Part shown: positions 27,766-37,479 of the stretch, in pieces
Position numbering within the stretch: position 1 is the first letter of the stretch
Layout: each line of letters begins with the position of its first letter
DNA from: Myxococcales bacterium
GTDB taxonomy: Bacteria; Myxococcota_A; Polyangia; Fen-1088
NCBI GenBank assembly: GCA_025350815.1
Contig: JANXXE010000006.1
Coordinates: 31,909-95,908, forward strand
Direction: 5' to 3'
Length of the DNA stretch: 64,000 bases
Position numbers and translations under genes: made by a program
Notes under the pieces: generated by a model
Told to the model about the DNA's origin: nothing
Databases searched by the model: none
What the model saw: the letters and a program-made list of their open reading frames with translations, nothing else

Positions 27766-29157
27766 CTTGGGTGCGGTGCCCCGCGGCGGTTCCAGCGCGC
27801 CAGGCGACACAGGCGCGGCGCCCGGCGTGACAGCGGACGGTTCCGACCCCTTGCCCGCCGCCTCTTGCGATTCGAGCTGCGCAATCTGGCGACGGGCCGC
27901 CGACACGTCCGCACCGGCGGGATTGCTTACCAGGTAGCGACGAAAGGCTTCGAGGGCACCCGCCTGATCCCCCAGCGCCCGGTAGGCCTCGGCCAGTCCA
28001 AACATCGCGGGACCGTACGCGCTGATGACGAGCGCTCGTTTGAAGTGCGCCGTGGCCAGCGGCACCCGCCCGCGATCCAGCATGACGTAACCCAACCCCG
28101 ATATGGCCTCGACCCCCGCCGGACGCGCGCGCAAGGCACGTTCGTACAGTTTCTGCGCCTTTTCGTTGCCGCCGTTTTCAAGCAAGCGGTCCGCCGCCTG
28201 CACCAGCTTCTCGTAGGAATCCTCATAGCCGCCCGCCTTGACGGCCGCGGTTCGAGCCACGGGAGCTGTCGGGGCCACCTCTTCGGCCGCCACAGCGGGG
28301 ACAACAGCGGCAGGCGGCGGGGCGGCCGCGACCTTCGGGGCGGCCGCGGGGATCGCAGCGGGCACCGCCGGGGGCAGCGCAGAAGGTGCCGGCGATACAC
28401 TGACCACACCTGTCGGAATCCAGTGCCGGGCTACCGCGAGGTACAGAACGCCAGCGACGACGACCAGACCCAGGGCGACATTCCGCCCGGTGTGACCGTC
28501 CGACAACCGCACGACCGAGGTGTCAATCTCGGCCACGCGGTCCGAAAAATCGAGACCATCGTCGCTGAGCGAACGCGCGTACAGCGACGGGTTGGACTGC
28601 GACGGCCGCAGCGAGGCGCCCAGCGAGCCCGCCTCGGGGCGCGCAATGGGGCGGGGCATCGAGGGACTTGGACGGGGACCGGCACTGCGGGCCCGCTCGG
28701 CCTCGAGTTTGAGCTGGGCGGACACCGACCGAGCACCCGGAGGCGGACTGGCCTGGGCGGTCGGCGGACGCGGGGCCGAGACCGCGCGGGCGCGATCAGC
28801 GTCATCGACCACATCGAAGAACGGGGCCAGCTCGACGATTTCGCCCAGCCGCCTCCAGGCCTGCCCGGTGCGCGAGATCTTGTCGTCGCGGGTGATCTTG
28901 CGTTCGATGATCCACTTTTGCAGCGACGTCAGATTGCGAAATCGATGCGACTGGCCGTCAGCCGTCTCCAGCAACCAATCCGCGGGCGCCGGCGCACTTT
29001 CGGCTTCGGGAATGGGCGGCGGTGCGGTCGTCGCGGGCGCGCGCTTGACCAAGAAGGTATGGCCGCATGCCGTGCACTGCACCGATGTGCCGGCCTCGCT
29101 GACGCTGTTGTTTTCGAGTTCATACTCGGTCCGACAGCGCTCGCAGCGAACGTCCAT
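27763..29157 (-). CDS. Zinc-ribbon, GYF_2-like domain, TM, C-terminal TPR (GltJ/AgmX-like N-terminus)
   Basis: MDVRCERC.TEY...VQCTACGHTF; LQKWI.E.KI..DD.I.R.G..W.RL.EI.EL..FF; TM VALGLVVVAGVLYLAV; TPR tail. Confidence 0.75.
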   Translation of the reverse strand: MDVRCERCRTEYELENNSVSEAGTSVQCTACGHTFLVKRAPATTAPPPIPEAESAPAPADWLLETADGQSHRFRNLTSLQKWIIERKITRDDKISRTGQAWRRLGEIVELAPFFDVVDDADRARAVSAPRPPTAQASPPPGARSVSAQLKLEAERARSAGPRPSPSMPRPIARPEAGSLGASLRPSQSNPSLYARSLSDDGLDFSDRVAEIDTSVVRLSDGHTGRNVALGLVVVAGVLYLAVARHWIPTGVVSVSPAPSALPPAVPAAIPAAAPKVAAAPPPAAVVPAVAAEEVAPTAPVARTAAVKAGGYEDSYEKLVQAADRLLENGGNEKAQKLYERALRARPAGVEAISGLGYVMLDRGRVPLATAHFKRALVISAYGPAMFGLAEAYRALGDQAGALEAFRRYLVSNPAGADVSAARRQIAQLESQEAAGKGSEPSAVTPGAAPVSPGALEPPRGTAPK

Positions 29158-29353
29158 GGCTAGCCAACCGCCTTTTTAACACACAGGCGCAATGCCCGGA
29201 TCACAGGGCAACGACGCGAGCGCCGCAATGCGCCTTGGCCGCATCGCCAACGGCGAGGGCACCGGCGACTAACCCGCCCGGCGCCAAGGTCACATTGACT
29301 GCTGGGCCCGTGACTCTACGCAAGCCAGGCCCGTCCCGATGGTCGCTTGTGCT

Positions 29354-30352
29354 TCACGGCGGCAGGCAGCCGACGCGCTTGTCGGCGATCACCAGATCGT
29401 CGAACCAAACCTCGATGCCGTTCGGGCCTTCGTCGTGATCATGGTGAAGGCCAAGCGTGAACGCCGAAGCACTGGGGACGACCCACGCGGTGCCGGCCAC
29501 CCCGTCCCAGGTACGGGTGAAATGCTCGACCCCGTCAACCCATGTGCGCCACAGGTTCTTCACACCATCCACCTCCCATTCCCAGCAGGCCCAGCGGCCG
29601 AAGGTGACCTCGGGTGCGGCCGCCGTCCGGTAGGACACGTGATCAGCCGACTTGATGTCCGAATGGTAGATGGTCGTGGACAGTTGCTTGAAATTCGGCG
29701 CGCTTGGTTGTCCGTAGGGGAATCCTTCGTTTCCAATCTGAATGTTGACCCGGGTGGTGGTGTTGGGCAATACGCCGTCCACTCGAAACAGGTAGACGTT
29801 GTCGGACGCGGCCGGTGGTGCGTAATAGACGTACGCGCGCATGAAGAAACTGTTGTTCGCGGTCGGGAAGACCGGCTTGCCCAGGTTCATTTCACCGTCT
29901 GAATAGGCCTTCACCAGGCTTTTGACGTGAACAGAACTCTTACCGCCGCGGGGGCGCGTCTGGTCAACCGTTATCGTCCCACCGGCCAAATTGCGCACCC
30001 TGTACACCGGATTGAGCCCCGATTCGAAATCATCGCAAAACAGAACACCGGTTGCCGCGCCACAGGCCGTGGGGTTGAACAAGGCCGAGGGCGCGCCATC
30101 GCGTGCGGCGGCGGCATCGGCCGGCGGTGGTCCAGGGGGAGTCGGCGTGGCGGCGTCGGCCGCCGGCGGATCCACCGGCCGCTGGGTTGCACCACCGGCT
30201 GCATCCATGGACACCGGTGTCTGCCCGCCCAGTGTGGCCGCGTCGACTTCAATGTCAGTCTTCGGGCCCGCGCCGGCGGTCGTGTCACTGCCAGACGGCA
30301 TCTTTGACGCACACCCGGCCATGGCCAACACAACAGCCGCAGTTGCCAACAT
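29354..30352 (-). CDS. Lipoprotein with Cip1/polysaccharide-lyase-like beta-sandwich domain
   Basis: Lipobox LAMAGC; Pro/Ala/Asp linker; C....LFCDDFESG; W.C.EWE; WFDDLVI...RVGC; start 30352 or 30367. Confidence 0.6.
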   Translation of the reverse strand: MLATAAVVLAMAGCASKMPSGSDTTAGAGPKTDIEVDAATLGGQTPVSMDAAGGATQRPVDPPAADAATPTPPGPPPADAAAARDGAPSALFNPTACGAATGVLFCDDFESGLNPVYRVRNLAGGTITVDQTRPRGGKSSVHVKSLVKAYSDGEMNLGKPVFPTANNSFFMRAYVYYAPPAASDNVYLFRVDGVLPNTTTRVNIQIGNEGFPYGQPSAPNFKQLSTTIYHSDIKSADHVSYRTAAAPEVTFGRWACWEWEVDGVKNLWRTWVDGVEHFTRTWDGVAGTAWVVPSASAFTLGLHHDHDEGPNGIEVWFDDLVIADKRVGCLPP

Positions 30353-30415
30353 CGCGCGACAGGCCATACGTCGACTATGCCACAGGGGCAAGAACGTCAC
30401 AGCCGGACCGGGAAT

Positions 30416-30601
30416 GGCCAGTGGGCCGACGTCGCTGTGTTCGACGCCGACAAGATCATCGACCACGCCACCTTCGACAAGCCGCACCAGTACGCCAGCG
30501 GCGTCGAGTACGTGATCGTGAACGGGGCGGTGGTATTGGACAGGGGCCGTCACACCGGGGCCCGCCCGGGGGCGATCCTGTACGGGCCGGGCAAGCGCTG
30601 A
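30416..30601 (+). pseudogene. C-terminal remnant of N-acyl-D-amino-acid deacylase (D-aminoacylase)
   Basis: G.WADVAVFD...IIDHATFDKPHQYASGVEYVIVNG.VV...G.HTGARPG is the typical last ~60 aa of this family; rest absent. Confidence 0.75.
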
Positions 30602-30645
30602 GATTGGTTCCACGCCGGGGTGGGGTATCGCGGCGCCTGCCTTGC

Positions 30646-31305
30646 TCAGGCAAGTCGGAGTGCGGCGACGAACAGTGTGAACCCCAGGAGAAAAACCACG
30701 CCCGATGCGATGGCCGGCCCCGTTCGCAGGCGCAAGCCGGCATCCAGGCCCTTGGCCACGAACGCCACCGCGGCCCCCAGCCACAAAGCAAGTCCCACAA
30801 AGACCAGCAGCACCGGCACCGCGGCGGGCCCCGGACGCCGGGACAACCGCTCGGCGTGCCACGCCTGCCGCGCCGCAGGCGATCCGCCCGGGCTGCCTTG
30901 CGCATCTTCGAGCAAGGCGTAAAGACGCGCCAGGCGCCCGTCGATGCGGGGCAACCGCTCGGCGTGGGGCGTGTAGAAAGACCGCGTTCCCAACAGTGCC
31001 GCGCGCATGGCCTCAAGGGCCTGTCGCGCACTGGCCAGGTCGCCCGCCTTCTGCGCGGTCTCGGCCATGTCTTCCAGGGCATCAAGCGCGCGGCGAACAA
31101 AGGGACTTCCCGGCACGTACAGCCGGGCGGCATCGAGGTAACGGCGGCAGGCCTCGCGGTGATCGCCGCGTCGTTCGGCATCGTCCCCGGCGCGCACCGC
31201 CGCCCGCGAATCCCACAGCAGGCGCCCGACCAGTACCGCCAGCGCCGCGCACACCAGCAACAGTGGCAGCACCAGGCGCGCGCGGCGGCCAGGCCCCTCA
31301 GACAA
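30646..31305 (-). CDS. Hypothetical membrane protein with TPR-like helical domain
   Basis: N-terminal TM, two C-terminal TMs, RSFYTPH motif; overlaps permease stop. Confidence 0.6.
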   Translation of the reverse strand: MSEGPGRRARLVLPLLLVCAALAVLVGRLLWDSRAAVRAGDDAERRGDHREACRRYLDAARLYVPGSPFVRRALDALEDMAETAQKAGDLASARQALEAMRAALLGTRSFYTPHAERLPRIDGRLARLYALLEDAQGSPGGSPAARQAWHAERLSRRPGPAAVPVLLVFVGLALWLGAAVAFVAKGLDAGLRLRTGPAIASGVVFLLGFTLFVAALRLA

Positions 31306-32083
31306 AGTCGCGCTTCCGAAAGATCAGCATGGCGAGGATCAAGACCACCAGCGAATAGCCAAGACCATACAGCGTCGTCCAGATCATGTAGTCGGCGCCG
31401 ACAAAGTCACGGTGGATGCTGGCCACCTGCGCACCCACGATCGCGCCCGACGGATAGAACAGGTGCAGATTCGGCACGACCGTGCAGCCTGCTTCGAAAA
31501 GAATCCTGGCCACGCCCCCCGAAGCTTTACCCAGCGCGCGCAAGTCGGGCACGGCGCGGCCGACGATGAAGCAGCCGAGGGCGAAAAACCCCGACAGAAA
31601 AGGGCTGGAAAACGCCGAGAAAAATACCGCAATCGACGTCACGACGATGACGTTCAGGTACAGCAACCACAGCGCCTTGGCCATGGCCAGATCGAAGGAC
31701 GCGTCCTGCGCCACCAGCGTCAGGCCAAGAACCAGACCCATCACCGCCAGTTGCACCGCCAGCGTCATCAGCATGCCCAGCCACTTGCCCAGGACGAACT
31801 CCCAGCGGTGCAGGGGCTTGGGCAAGATCGTGTAGACGGTCTTCAGATCCAGTTCCTTGTACAAGAGGTTCACGCCGACGAAGATCGCAATCAGAACGCC
31901 GAAGGCGTCAATCCCGAACAGCCCGACGTCGCGGGTCATGCGCACGTCTTCGTGCAGGGACAGGCTGCCGAGTGCAAGGGCCGAAAGAATCAGCAAGACG
32001 GCAAAGAACAGCAGGCTGTAGAGAATCTTGTTCCGCACGGCCTCGCGGAAGGTGTTGCGAGCGATGGCAAGAACGCGCCTCAT
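31298..32083 (-). CDS. ABC transporter permease (PilI/ABC-2-like)
   Basis: IARNTFREAVRNK; KE...KTVYTIL.KP..R.EFVLGK; IF.KRDF. Confidence 0.85.
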   Translation of the reverse strand: MRRVLAIARNTFREAVRNKILYSLLFFAVLLILSALALGSLSLHEDVRMTRDVGLFGIDAFGVLIAIFVGVNLLYKELDLKTVYTILPKPLHRWEFVLGKWLGMLMTLAVQLAVMGLVLGLTLVAQDASFDLAMAKALWLLYLNVIVVTSIAVFFSAFSSPFLSGFFALGCFIVGRAVPDLRALGKASGGVARILFEAGCTVVPNLHLFYPSGAIVGAQVASIHRDFVGADYMIWTTLYGLGYSLVVLILAMLIFRKRDFV

Positions 32084-33003
32084 GCTTGTGCCGCCTCGCG
32101 AATGAAAAGATCTTCGAGGGATTCCTTGTGCGAGCTGACCGACAGCACATGCGCGCCGACCGCCAGAGCCGCCGACAAGAAGGCATCGACGTCGGTGCCT
32201 TCAGGCAGATTGACGGCCACCCCTTCGACGGCGCGGTGCTGACTGGCGCCAGCGGGCAGCGGCGGCAGTCCCTGTGCGCCCGGACGCAAGCACACCTCGG
32301 TCGACAGCAAACGCGCGGACAGAAGTTCGCCCAGCGGTCCGACGCTGCGAATCGTTCCCGCGAACACCATCGCCACGCGATCGCAGGTCAGCTCGACGTC
32401 GGTCAGGATGTGCGTGGAATAGAACACCGTGCGTCCCTCGGCGCGCAGTTCCAGGATCAGATCACGAATCTCCTTACGCCCTACGGGGTCGAGGCCGGTC
32501 ATCGGCTCGTCGAAAACCACCAGCTCGGGCTCGCCCATCAGCGCCTGCGCGATACCCACCCTTTGCAGCATGCCCTTGGAGAATTTTCGCAGCGGCCTGC
32601 CGCGGGCGTGATCCAGGCCGACCCTGGATATCAACCGATCGCGCCGCTTGCGCCGTTCCACCGGCGGGACGTCCGACAGCGCCCCGACCAGATCCAGAAA
32701 TTCCTCGGGCGAAAGGTAGTCATAAAAGTACGGCGTCTCGGGCAAGTACCCCAGCCGGCGCTTGGCCGCCAGGCTGGGCACCGGCAATCCGAAAACCTCG
32801 GCGCGCCCGCGCGTCGGGAACACCAGCCCCATCAACATCTTCAGGGTGGTCGTCTTTCCGGCGCCGTTCGGGCCCAGAAATCCGAAGACCTCACCCCGAT
32901 TCACATCGAAGCCGACATCCCGAACCGCCTCCACACGCTTGCGAAAGAAACCCAGGCGAAAGGTCTTCGCCAGGGCGTCCGCGCGCATGACGACCTCGCT
33001 CAT
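32080..33003 (-). CDS. ABC transporter ATP-binding protein (PilH-like)
   Basis: GPNGAGKTT; FSKGMLQR; DEP..GLDP; start ATG 33003. Confidence 0.9.
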   Translation of the reverse strand: MSEVVMRADALAKTFRLGFFRKRVEAVRDVGFDVNRGEVFGFLGPNGAGKTTTLKMLMGLVFPTRGRAEVFGLPVPSLAAKRRLGYLPETPYFYDYLSPEEFLDLVGALSDVPPVERRKRRDRLISRVGLDHARGRPLRKFSKGMLQRVGIAQALMGEPELVVFDEPMTGLDPVGRKEIRDLILELRAEGRTVFYSTHILTDVELTCDRVAMVFAGTIRSVGPLGELLSARLLSTEVCLRPGAQGLPPLPAGASQHRAVEGVAVNLPEGTDVDAFLSAALAVGAHVLSVSSHKESLEDLFIREAAQA

Positions 33004-34010
33004 GGGGCGGCGGGGGCCATATGCCGCCGGTACCAGTAGACCGTGCGCAGCAGGCCTTCCTCCAGATCGACCTTCGGCTTGAACGACAGCAACTCCTTGG
33101 CCTTGTCGATGTTCGGAATGCGCAGCTCGACGTCGGCGTGGTTCCACGGCACGTGCTCGATGCGGGACGAACTCGACGTCAGGCGCAGGATTTCCTTGGC
33201 CAGCGTGTGGATGGTCAGCGTCGAGCGGGGATTGCCGATGTTGAACGCGTGGCCGACCGCCGCGTCCTTGGTCAGCGCCAGCAAGATTCCGTCGACGATG
33301 TCGTCCACGTAGCACCAGGCGCGAATTTGCGCGCCGTCGTTATGGACCTCGATGGGCTCGCCGCGCAGGGCACGAACAATGAAATGGTGAACGGCGCCTT
33401 CACCCACCTGGCGCGGACCATAGATGTTGAAGGGGCGAATCGAACAGGTCGGCAGCCCGTACTGCTTCTGGTAATTCATGGCCAGATGTTCGGTGGCCAG
33501 TTTCGCGACGGCGTAGGTCCAGCGCGCCTCGCCGACTGCGCCCAGCGTCGTCGCATCCCATTCGGTGACGTTGTAGGCGTAGCGACCGAAGACCTCGCTG
33601 GTCGAAAAATCGATTACCCGCTTCATCCCGCCGGCGGCCAGCGCCGCTTCAAGCACGTTCAGCGTCCCCAGCAGCGACACCTTCATGGTGGTTACGGGAT
33701 TCTTCAGCACCGTGTCGACGCCAGCTATGGAGGCCATATGCACGACGGCGTCGCAGCCGTCCATCGCCCGCCGCACCGCCTCGGCGTCCAGTACGTCGCC
33801 GACGATAAGCTTGACGTTCGGATGGCGATCGAGACCGGCGGGGCCCAGCGCGTTTCGCCGAAGCGTATCGAGGACGACGATCTCGTTGGTCGGCGCCAGC
33901 CGCTCGGCCAGGTGCGAGCCGATGAAACCGGCGCCCCCTGTCAGCAGAAGCCGGCGGCCCGAAAAAGGTGGAGGTCCGGCATCGTCCTGAGAACTCACGG
34001 TGCGCATCAT
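33000..34010 (-). CDS. NAD-dependent epimerase/dehydratase (extended SDR)
   Basis: TGGAGFIG; STSEVFG; YAVAK; RPFNIYGP. Confidence 0.9.
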   Translation of the reverse strand: MMRTVSSQDDAGPPPFSGRRLLLTGGAGFIGSHLAERLAPTNEIVVLDTLRRNALGPAGLDRHPNVKLIVGDVLDAEAVRRAMDGCDAVVHMASIAGVDTVLKNPVTTMKVSLLGTLNVLEAALAAGGMKRVIDFSTSEVFGRYAYNVTEWDATTLGAVGEARWTYAVAKLATEHLAMNYQKQYGLPTCSIRPFNIYGPRQVGEGAVHHFIVRALRGEPIEVHNDGAQIRAWCYVDDIVDGILLALTKDAAVGHAFNIGNPRSTLTIHTLAKEILRLTSSSSRIEHVPWNHADVELRIPNIDKAKELLSFKPKVDLEEGLLRTVYWYRRHMAPAAP

Positions 34011-34057
34011 ATCAAACGTGGCGGTCCGGGGTGGCCTGCCGTCATGACTGTCGGTGA

Positions 34058-34079
34058 TCGGCGCCAAGTCGGCGCCAAG
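34058..34079. repeat. Perfect 11-bp tandem duplication TCGGCGCCAAG x2
   Basis: 34058-34068 = 34069-34079, in divergent intergenic region. Confidence 0.9.
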
Positions 34080-34099
34080 ATGGTACTGTCGTCGGGCTC

Positions 34100-35680
34100 A
34101 TGGATGGACGACAGCGGCCCCGACGTGCGGGGGTCCTCATGCCGCTGTTTACGATTCGCACCCCGTCGGGCTGGGGCCTGGGCGAGATCCCGGACCTCAT
34201 TCCGTTTTGCCGGTGGGCGGCAAGGGCGGGATTCGCCGTCGTCAATCTGCTGCCCGTCAACGAAGTGACCGGCGGCGAGACCAGCCCGTACTCGGCGGCC
34301 ACGGCGTTCGCCCTCGATCCCGCGTACCTGGGTCTGGATGCCTGTGAGGACTTTGCGGCGGTGGGGGGACAGGCGGCCCTTGCCGCCAGCGAGCGAGCGC
34401 AGCTCGACCACCTGGCGCAGTCACCGAACGTCGACTGGGAGGGCGTGCGCGGGCTCAAACAGCGGTCACTGGCGCTGGCGTTTGCGCATTTTCGACAGCA
34501 CGAATGGGGCACTGGCAGCACGCGCGCGGCCGAACTGGCCCAGTTCGCCGCACAGCAGTCGGGCTGGCTGGATGACTACGTGCTGTTCCGGGCGCTGCAC
34601 GACCGGCAGCCGGCGGGCTGGCAGCAGTGGCCCGAACCTTTGCGACGACGAGACAAGGTCGCCCTCGAACACGCTGGCCACATGCTGGGCGACACGCTGC
34701 TGTACCTGCGCTGGTGCCAGTGGTTGCTCGACGGACAATGGCGGCAGGCCCGGGCGGCCGCCCGTTCTTGCGGCGTCGCCCTGATGGGCGATTTACCATT
34801 CGTGGTGTCGGGCGACTCGGCGGACGTGTGGTCCCACCAGGGCGATTTCCATCTGGACCGGCGTGTGGGCACCCCCCCCGACGCCTTCAGCCAGGACGGC
34901 CAGGATTGGGGGCTGCCGGTGTTCAACTGGCAGGCCATGGGCGAAGGACAGTTCGCCTGGATGCGCGCCCGGGCCGCCCGCGCGGCGTCGCTGTACTCGC
35001 TGTACCGCGTGGACCACGTGATTGGCCTGTACCGCACGTACTACCGAACGGCCAGCAACGACGCAGGCTTCACCCCGGCAACGGAAACAGAGCAACTGCG
35101 TCTGGGCGAAACGGTCCTGGGCCTTTTCCATGACTCGGGCGAGGTGGTCGCCGAGGATCTGGGTTTGGTGCCAGACTTTCTTCGCCACTCGTTGAGCGCG
35201 CTCGGCATCCCGGGCTACCGCGTGCTGCGCTGGGAACGCGACGGGGAGGTGTACCGAGATCCCGCCACGTGGCCCGAGCTTTCCGTTGCCACGACCGGCA
35301 CCCACGACATCGAGACCAATGCTGAATGGTGGGACGCGCTGACCGTGCAGGGGCGCACGGCTGCGGGCCTTGTCCCGGGCCTGGGTGGGGTGGATGCGCA
35401 GGCGCCGTTTAGCCCCCGGGTTCGCGATGCCCTGCTCGCCGTCGTCTACAATGCCCCGTCCGATCTGGCGATCATCCCGATTCAGGACGCCCTTGGTAGC
35501 CGCGCGCGCATCAACGTGCCGGGGACCGTTGGACCTGGCAACTGGACTTACCGCCTGCCGGACAACGTCGGGGATCTGGAAAGCGACCACGCCACGACCG
35601 GCCGTCTGGCGGCGCTGGCCCGCAACAGTGGACGTGAAACTGTCGGTCGTGAAACTGGCGCTTCGCCCGGACGGCTGTAA
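34100..35680 (+). CDS. malQ: 4-alpha-glucanotransferase (GH77 amylomaltase)
   Basis: SPY...AFAL; GDLPF.V; G.PPDAFS..GQ.WG.P; RVDH.IG; AEDLG; TGTHD; RINVPGT...NW.YR. Confidence 0.9.
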   Translation: MDGRQRPRRAGVLMPLFTIRTPSGWGLGEIPDLIPFCRWAARAGFAVVNLLPVNEVTGGETSPYSAATAFALDPAYLGLDACEDFAAVGGQAALAASERAQLDHLAQSPNVDWEGVRGLKQRSLALAFAHFRQHEWGTGSTRAAELAQFAAQQSGWLDDYVLFRALHDRQPAGWQQWPEPLRRRDKVALEHAGHMLGDTLLYLRWCQWLLDGQWRQARAAARSCGVALMGDLPFVVSGDSADVWSHQGDFHLDRRVGTPPDAFSQDGQDWGLPVFNWQAMGEGQFAWMRARAARAASLYSLYRVDHVIGLYRTYYRTASNDAGFTPATETEQLRLGETVLGLFHDSGEVVAEDLGLVPDFLRHSLSALGIPGYRVLRWERDGEVYRDPATWPELSVATTGTHDIETNAEWWDALTVQGRTAAGLVPGLGGVDAQAPFSPRVRDALLAVVYNAPSDLAIIPIQDALGSRARINVPGTVGPGNWTYRLPDNVGDLESDHATTGRLAALARNSGRETVGRETGASPGRL

Positions 35681-35682
35681 AG

Positions 35683-37458
35683 ATGGCACCCATGCCAGAG
35701 GGATCTCCTCGTTTCCGACGCGACTTGACGGCCAATGGCATCCAGGCCGATGGGGTTGCCTACGTTGAAGTCACTGACAGGCGATCGGCGACCAGCTTTC
35801 GTCTGTACGATTTTGAACACACGGTTGCGCTGGCGCTTGATGGGCGCCCCCTGTCTGAGGTGGCTGCCGGCCTGCAACAGTCGTCGGGCCTGGATTTCAC
35901 AGTCGAACAACTGGAAGGCTTTGTCGCTCACCTGGCCGAGCTGGGGTTCCTGGAAAGTGCGCCCGTGTCGGATCCCGACGAGATGGTGACACCCGTCCAC
36001 GTGCTTGCCGACGAGCCGATGCCGCCACGCAATCCGGCGGCGGGATTCGAGCCCCGTGCGGACCGGGCACAAGGGATCGCCACTTCCGTCCCTGCGCCCC
36101 GCGCCGCTGCGTCCCCGCCCCACCCCGGCTTCAACGCCGAGGCCACCCAGGTCGCTGAGCCGTCGACGTCGTTCGCTTATCAAGATCTGGCCGCCGTCCC
36201 CCCGAAGAAGCCGGTTTTCGCGGCGCCGTCCACGCCACTGAGCATCGAGATCCCGCCACCCGAGGCCGAGACGGCCGACAACTCGTGGATGTCCGAGGTC
36301 TCGTCGTTGAGCACGGGCGACTCGGGTGTTACGGCGATGCCCGTCGCGGCGGCGGCCACCGCCAAACCCGCGGCCGCCAAGATCGCAACCGCGGCCCCCA
36401 GCGCCCCCGTCAAGGTGCCAGCTGCGCTGCCGGCCGGCGTGGCCGCACCACCGGGTAAGAAGTCGTCTTCAGCCGCTATCTACATCGTCGTCGCCCTGGT
36501 GGTGGCGGCTGTCGTCGCCTTCGTGCTGTTGCGGGGAAACTGGGCCCCCGAGGCGCCCGGCTTGCCGGTTCGCACCGTGATTCCCAGCCCAGGATCCGTT
36601 TACCGATGGTTCGATTCGCCCGGCCATGTGGCCCGGATCAGCGACCGGGCACCGACCTGGCCCCGGGCGGGGCGCGTCCTGATGGTCGCGGCTGCCGGAA
36701 CTTCTTTTGGGGCGGGCGACGTACTGGGCCTGCTCGACAGCGGACGGCGCGCGCGCACCAACCTGAATCGCCAGCTCGAACGGCTTGCCTTTTACACCCA
36801 ACTGCGCGCCACCATGCTGGCCGAGGGCAACCGCGCGGAGGCCCGCCAGGCGGAGCTGAAGATCGCGCTCAAGCGCAGGGCTGTCGACGAGGCCCGGTCC
36901 GATCTGGCGGCCTTTGGCATTGTCGCGACTTCATCCGGTGTGGTGGTCGAGCCGCTGGCGACGGTTGCCTTCGGCGTGCGCGCGGGACAGCCGGTGTTGC
37001 GCCTGAAGACCGGCATTCACCTCCAGGGCGAATTCGAACTGTCCGCCGACGAAGCGGCCAGCGCCCGTCAGCTCGGCTTCTGTCGCGTCGAGATCGAAGG
37101 CCGACCGCTCGACTGTGCCCTGGCCGACAACGAGGGCGACGCCACCCATGTCAGCGTCGACTTGCCCGCCGACGCGACGATCGCCACCAACGCCGTCGTG
37201 CGGCTTGCCAAGGCCCGATTCGATGCGGTTTATGCGATTCCGGCCGCCGCCGTCGTGCGCGTCGGGCGAACCGAGCGGGTCTTCGTCGCCGGGGCCACGG
37301 GCCGCGCCGAGATTCGTGCCATCGCCCTTGGCGACCGGATGCCCGGCGACGCCATCGTGACCCAGGGCCTGGATCTAGGCGATGCGGTCATCGTGGACGT
37401 GCCGCCACAGCTGCGCCCGAACGCCCGCGTGCGCATCGCGGAGACGCGGCGCCAGTAA
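35683..37458 (+). CDS. PqqD/RRE-like N-terminal domain, Pro/Ala linker, TM, membrane-fusion (HlyD/RND adaptor-like) domain
   Basis: PRFRRDL...V.D......FRL..FE.......LDG.....FV..L.ELGFLE; TM; coiled hairpin; IP.AAVV.....VFV.....AE.R.I.LG......V..GL..GD.VIV. Confidence 0.6.
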   Translation: MAPMPEGSPRFRRDLTANGIQADGVAYVEVTDRRSATSFRLYDFEHTVALALDGRPLSEVAAGLQQSSGLDFTVEQLEGFVAHLAELGFLESAPVSDPDEMVTPVHVLADEPMPPRNPAAGFEPRADRAQGIATSVPAPRAAASPPHPGFNAEATQVAEPSTSFAYQDLAAVPPKKPVFAAPSTPLSIEIPPPEAETADNSWMSEVSSLSTGDSGVTAMPVAAAATAKPAAAKIATAAPSAPVKVPAALPAGVAAPPGKKSSSAAIYIVVALVVAAVVAFVLLRGNWAPEAPGLPVRTVIPSPGSVYRWFDSPGHVARISDRAPTWPRAGRVLMVAAAGTSFGAGDVLGLLDSGRRARTNLNRQLERLAFYTQLRATMLAEGNRAEARQAELKIALKRRAVDEARSDLAAFGIVATSSGVVVEPLATVAFGVRAGQPVLRLKTGIHLQGEFELSADEAASARQLGFCRVEIEGRPLDCALADNEGDATHVSVDLPADATIATNAVVRLAKARFDAVYAIPAAAVVRVGRTERVFVAGATGRAEIRAIALGDRMPGDAIVTQGLDLGDAVIVDVPPQLRPNARVRIAETRRQ

Positions 37459-37479
37459 CACCCGTCGGGACGGCCGAAA

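Noticed and set aside
29195-29240. CACAGGGCAAC...CCGCAATG resembles the start of a c-di-GMP-I riboswitch
   Set aside because: Lacks GGCAAAC/GCAAAG and the P2-P3 stems; no downstream gene on that strand
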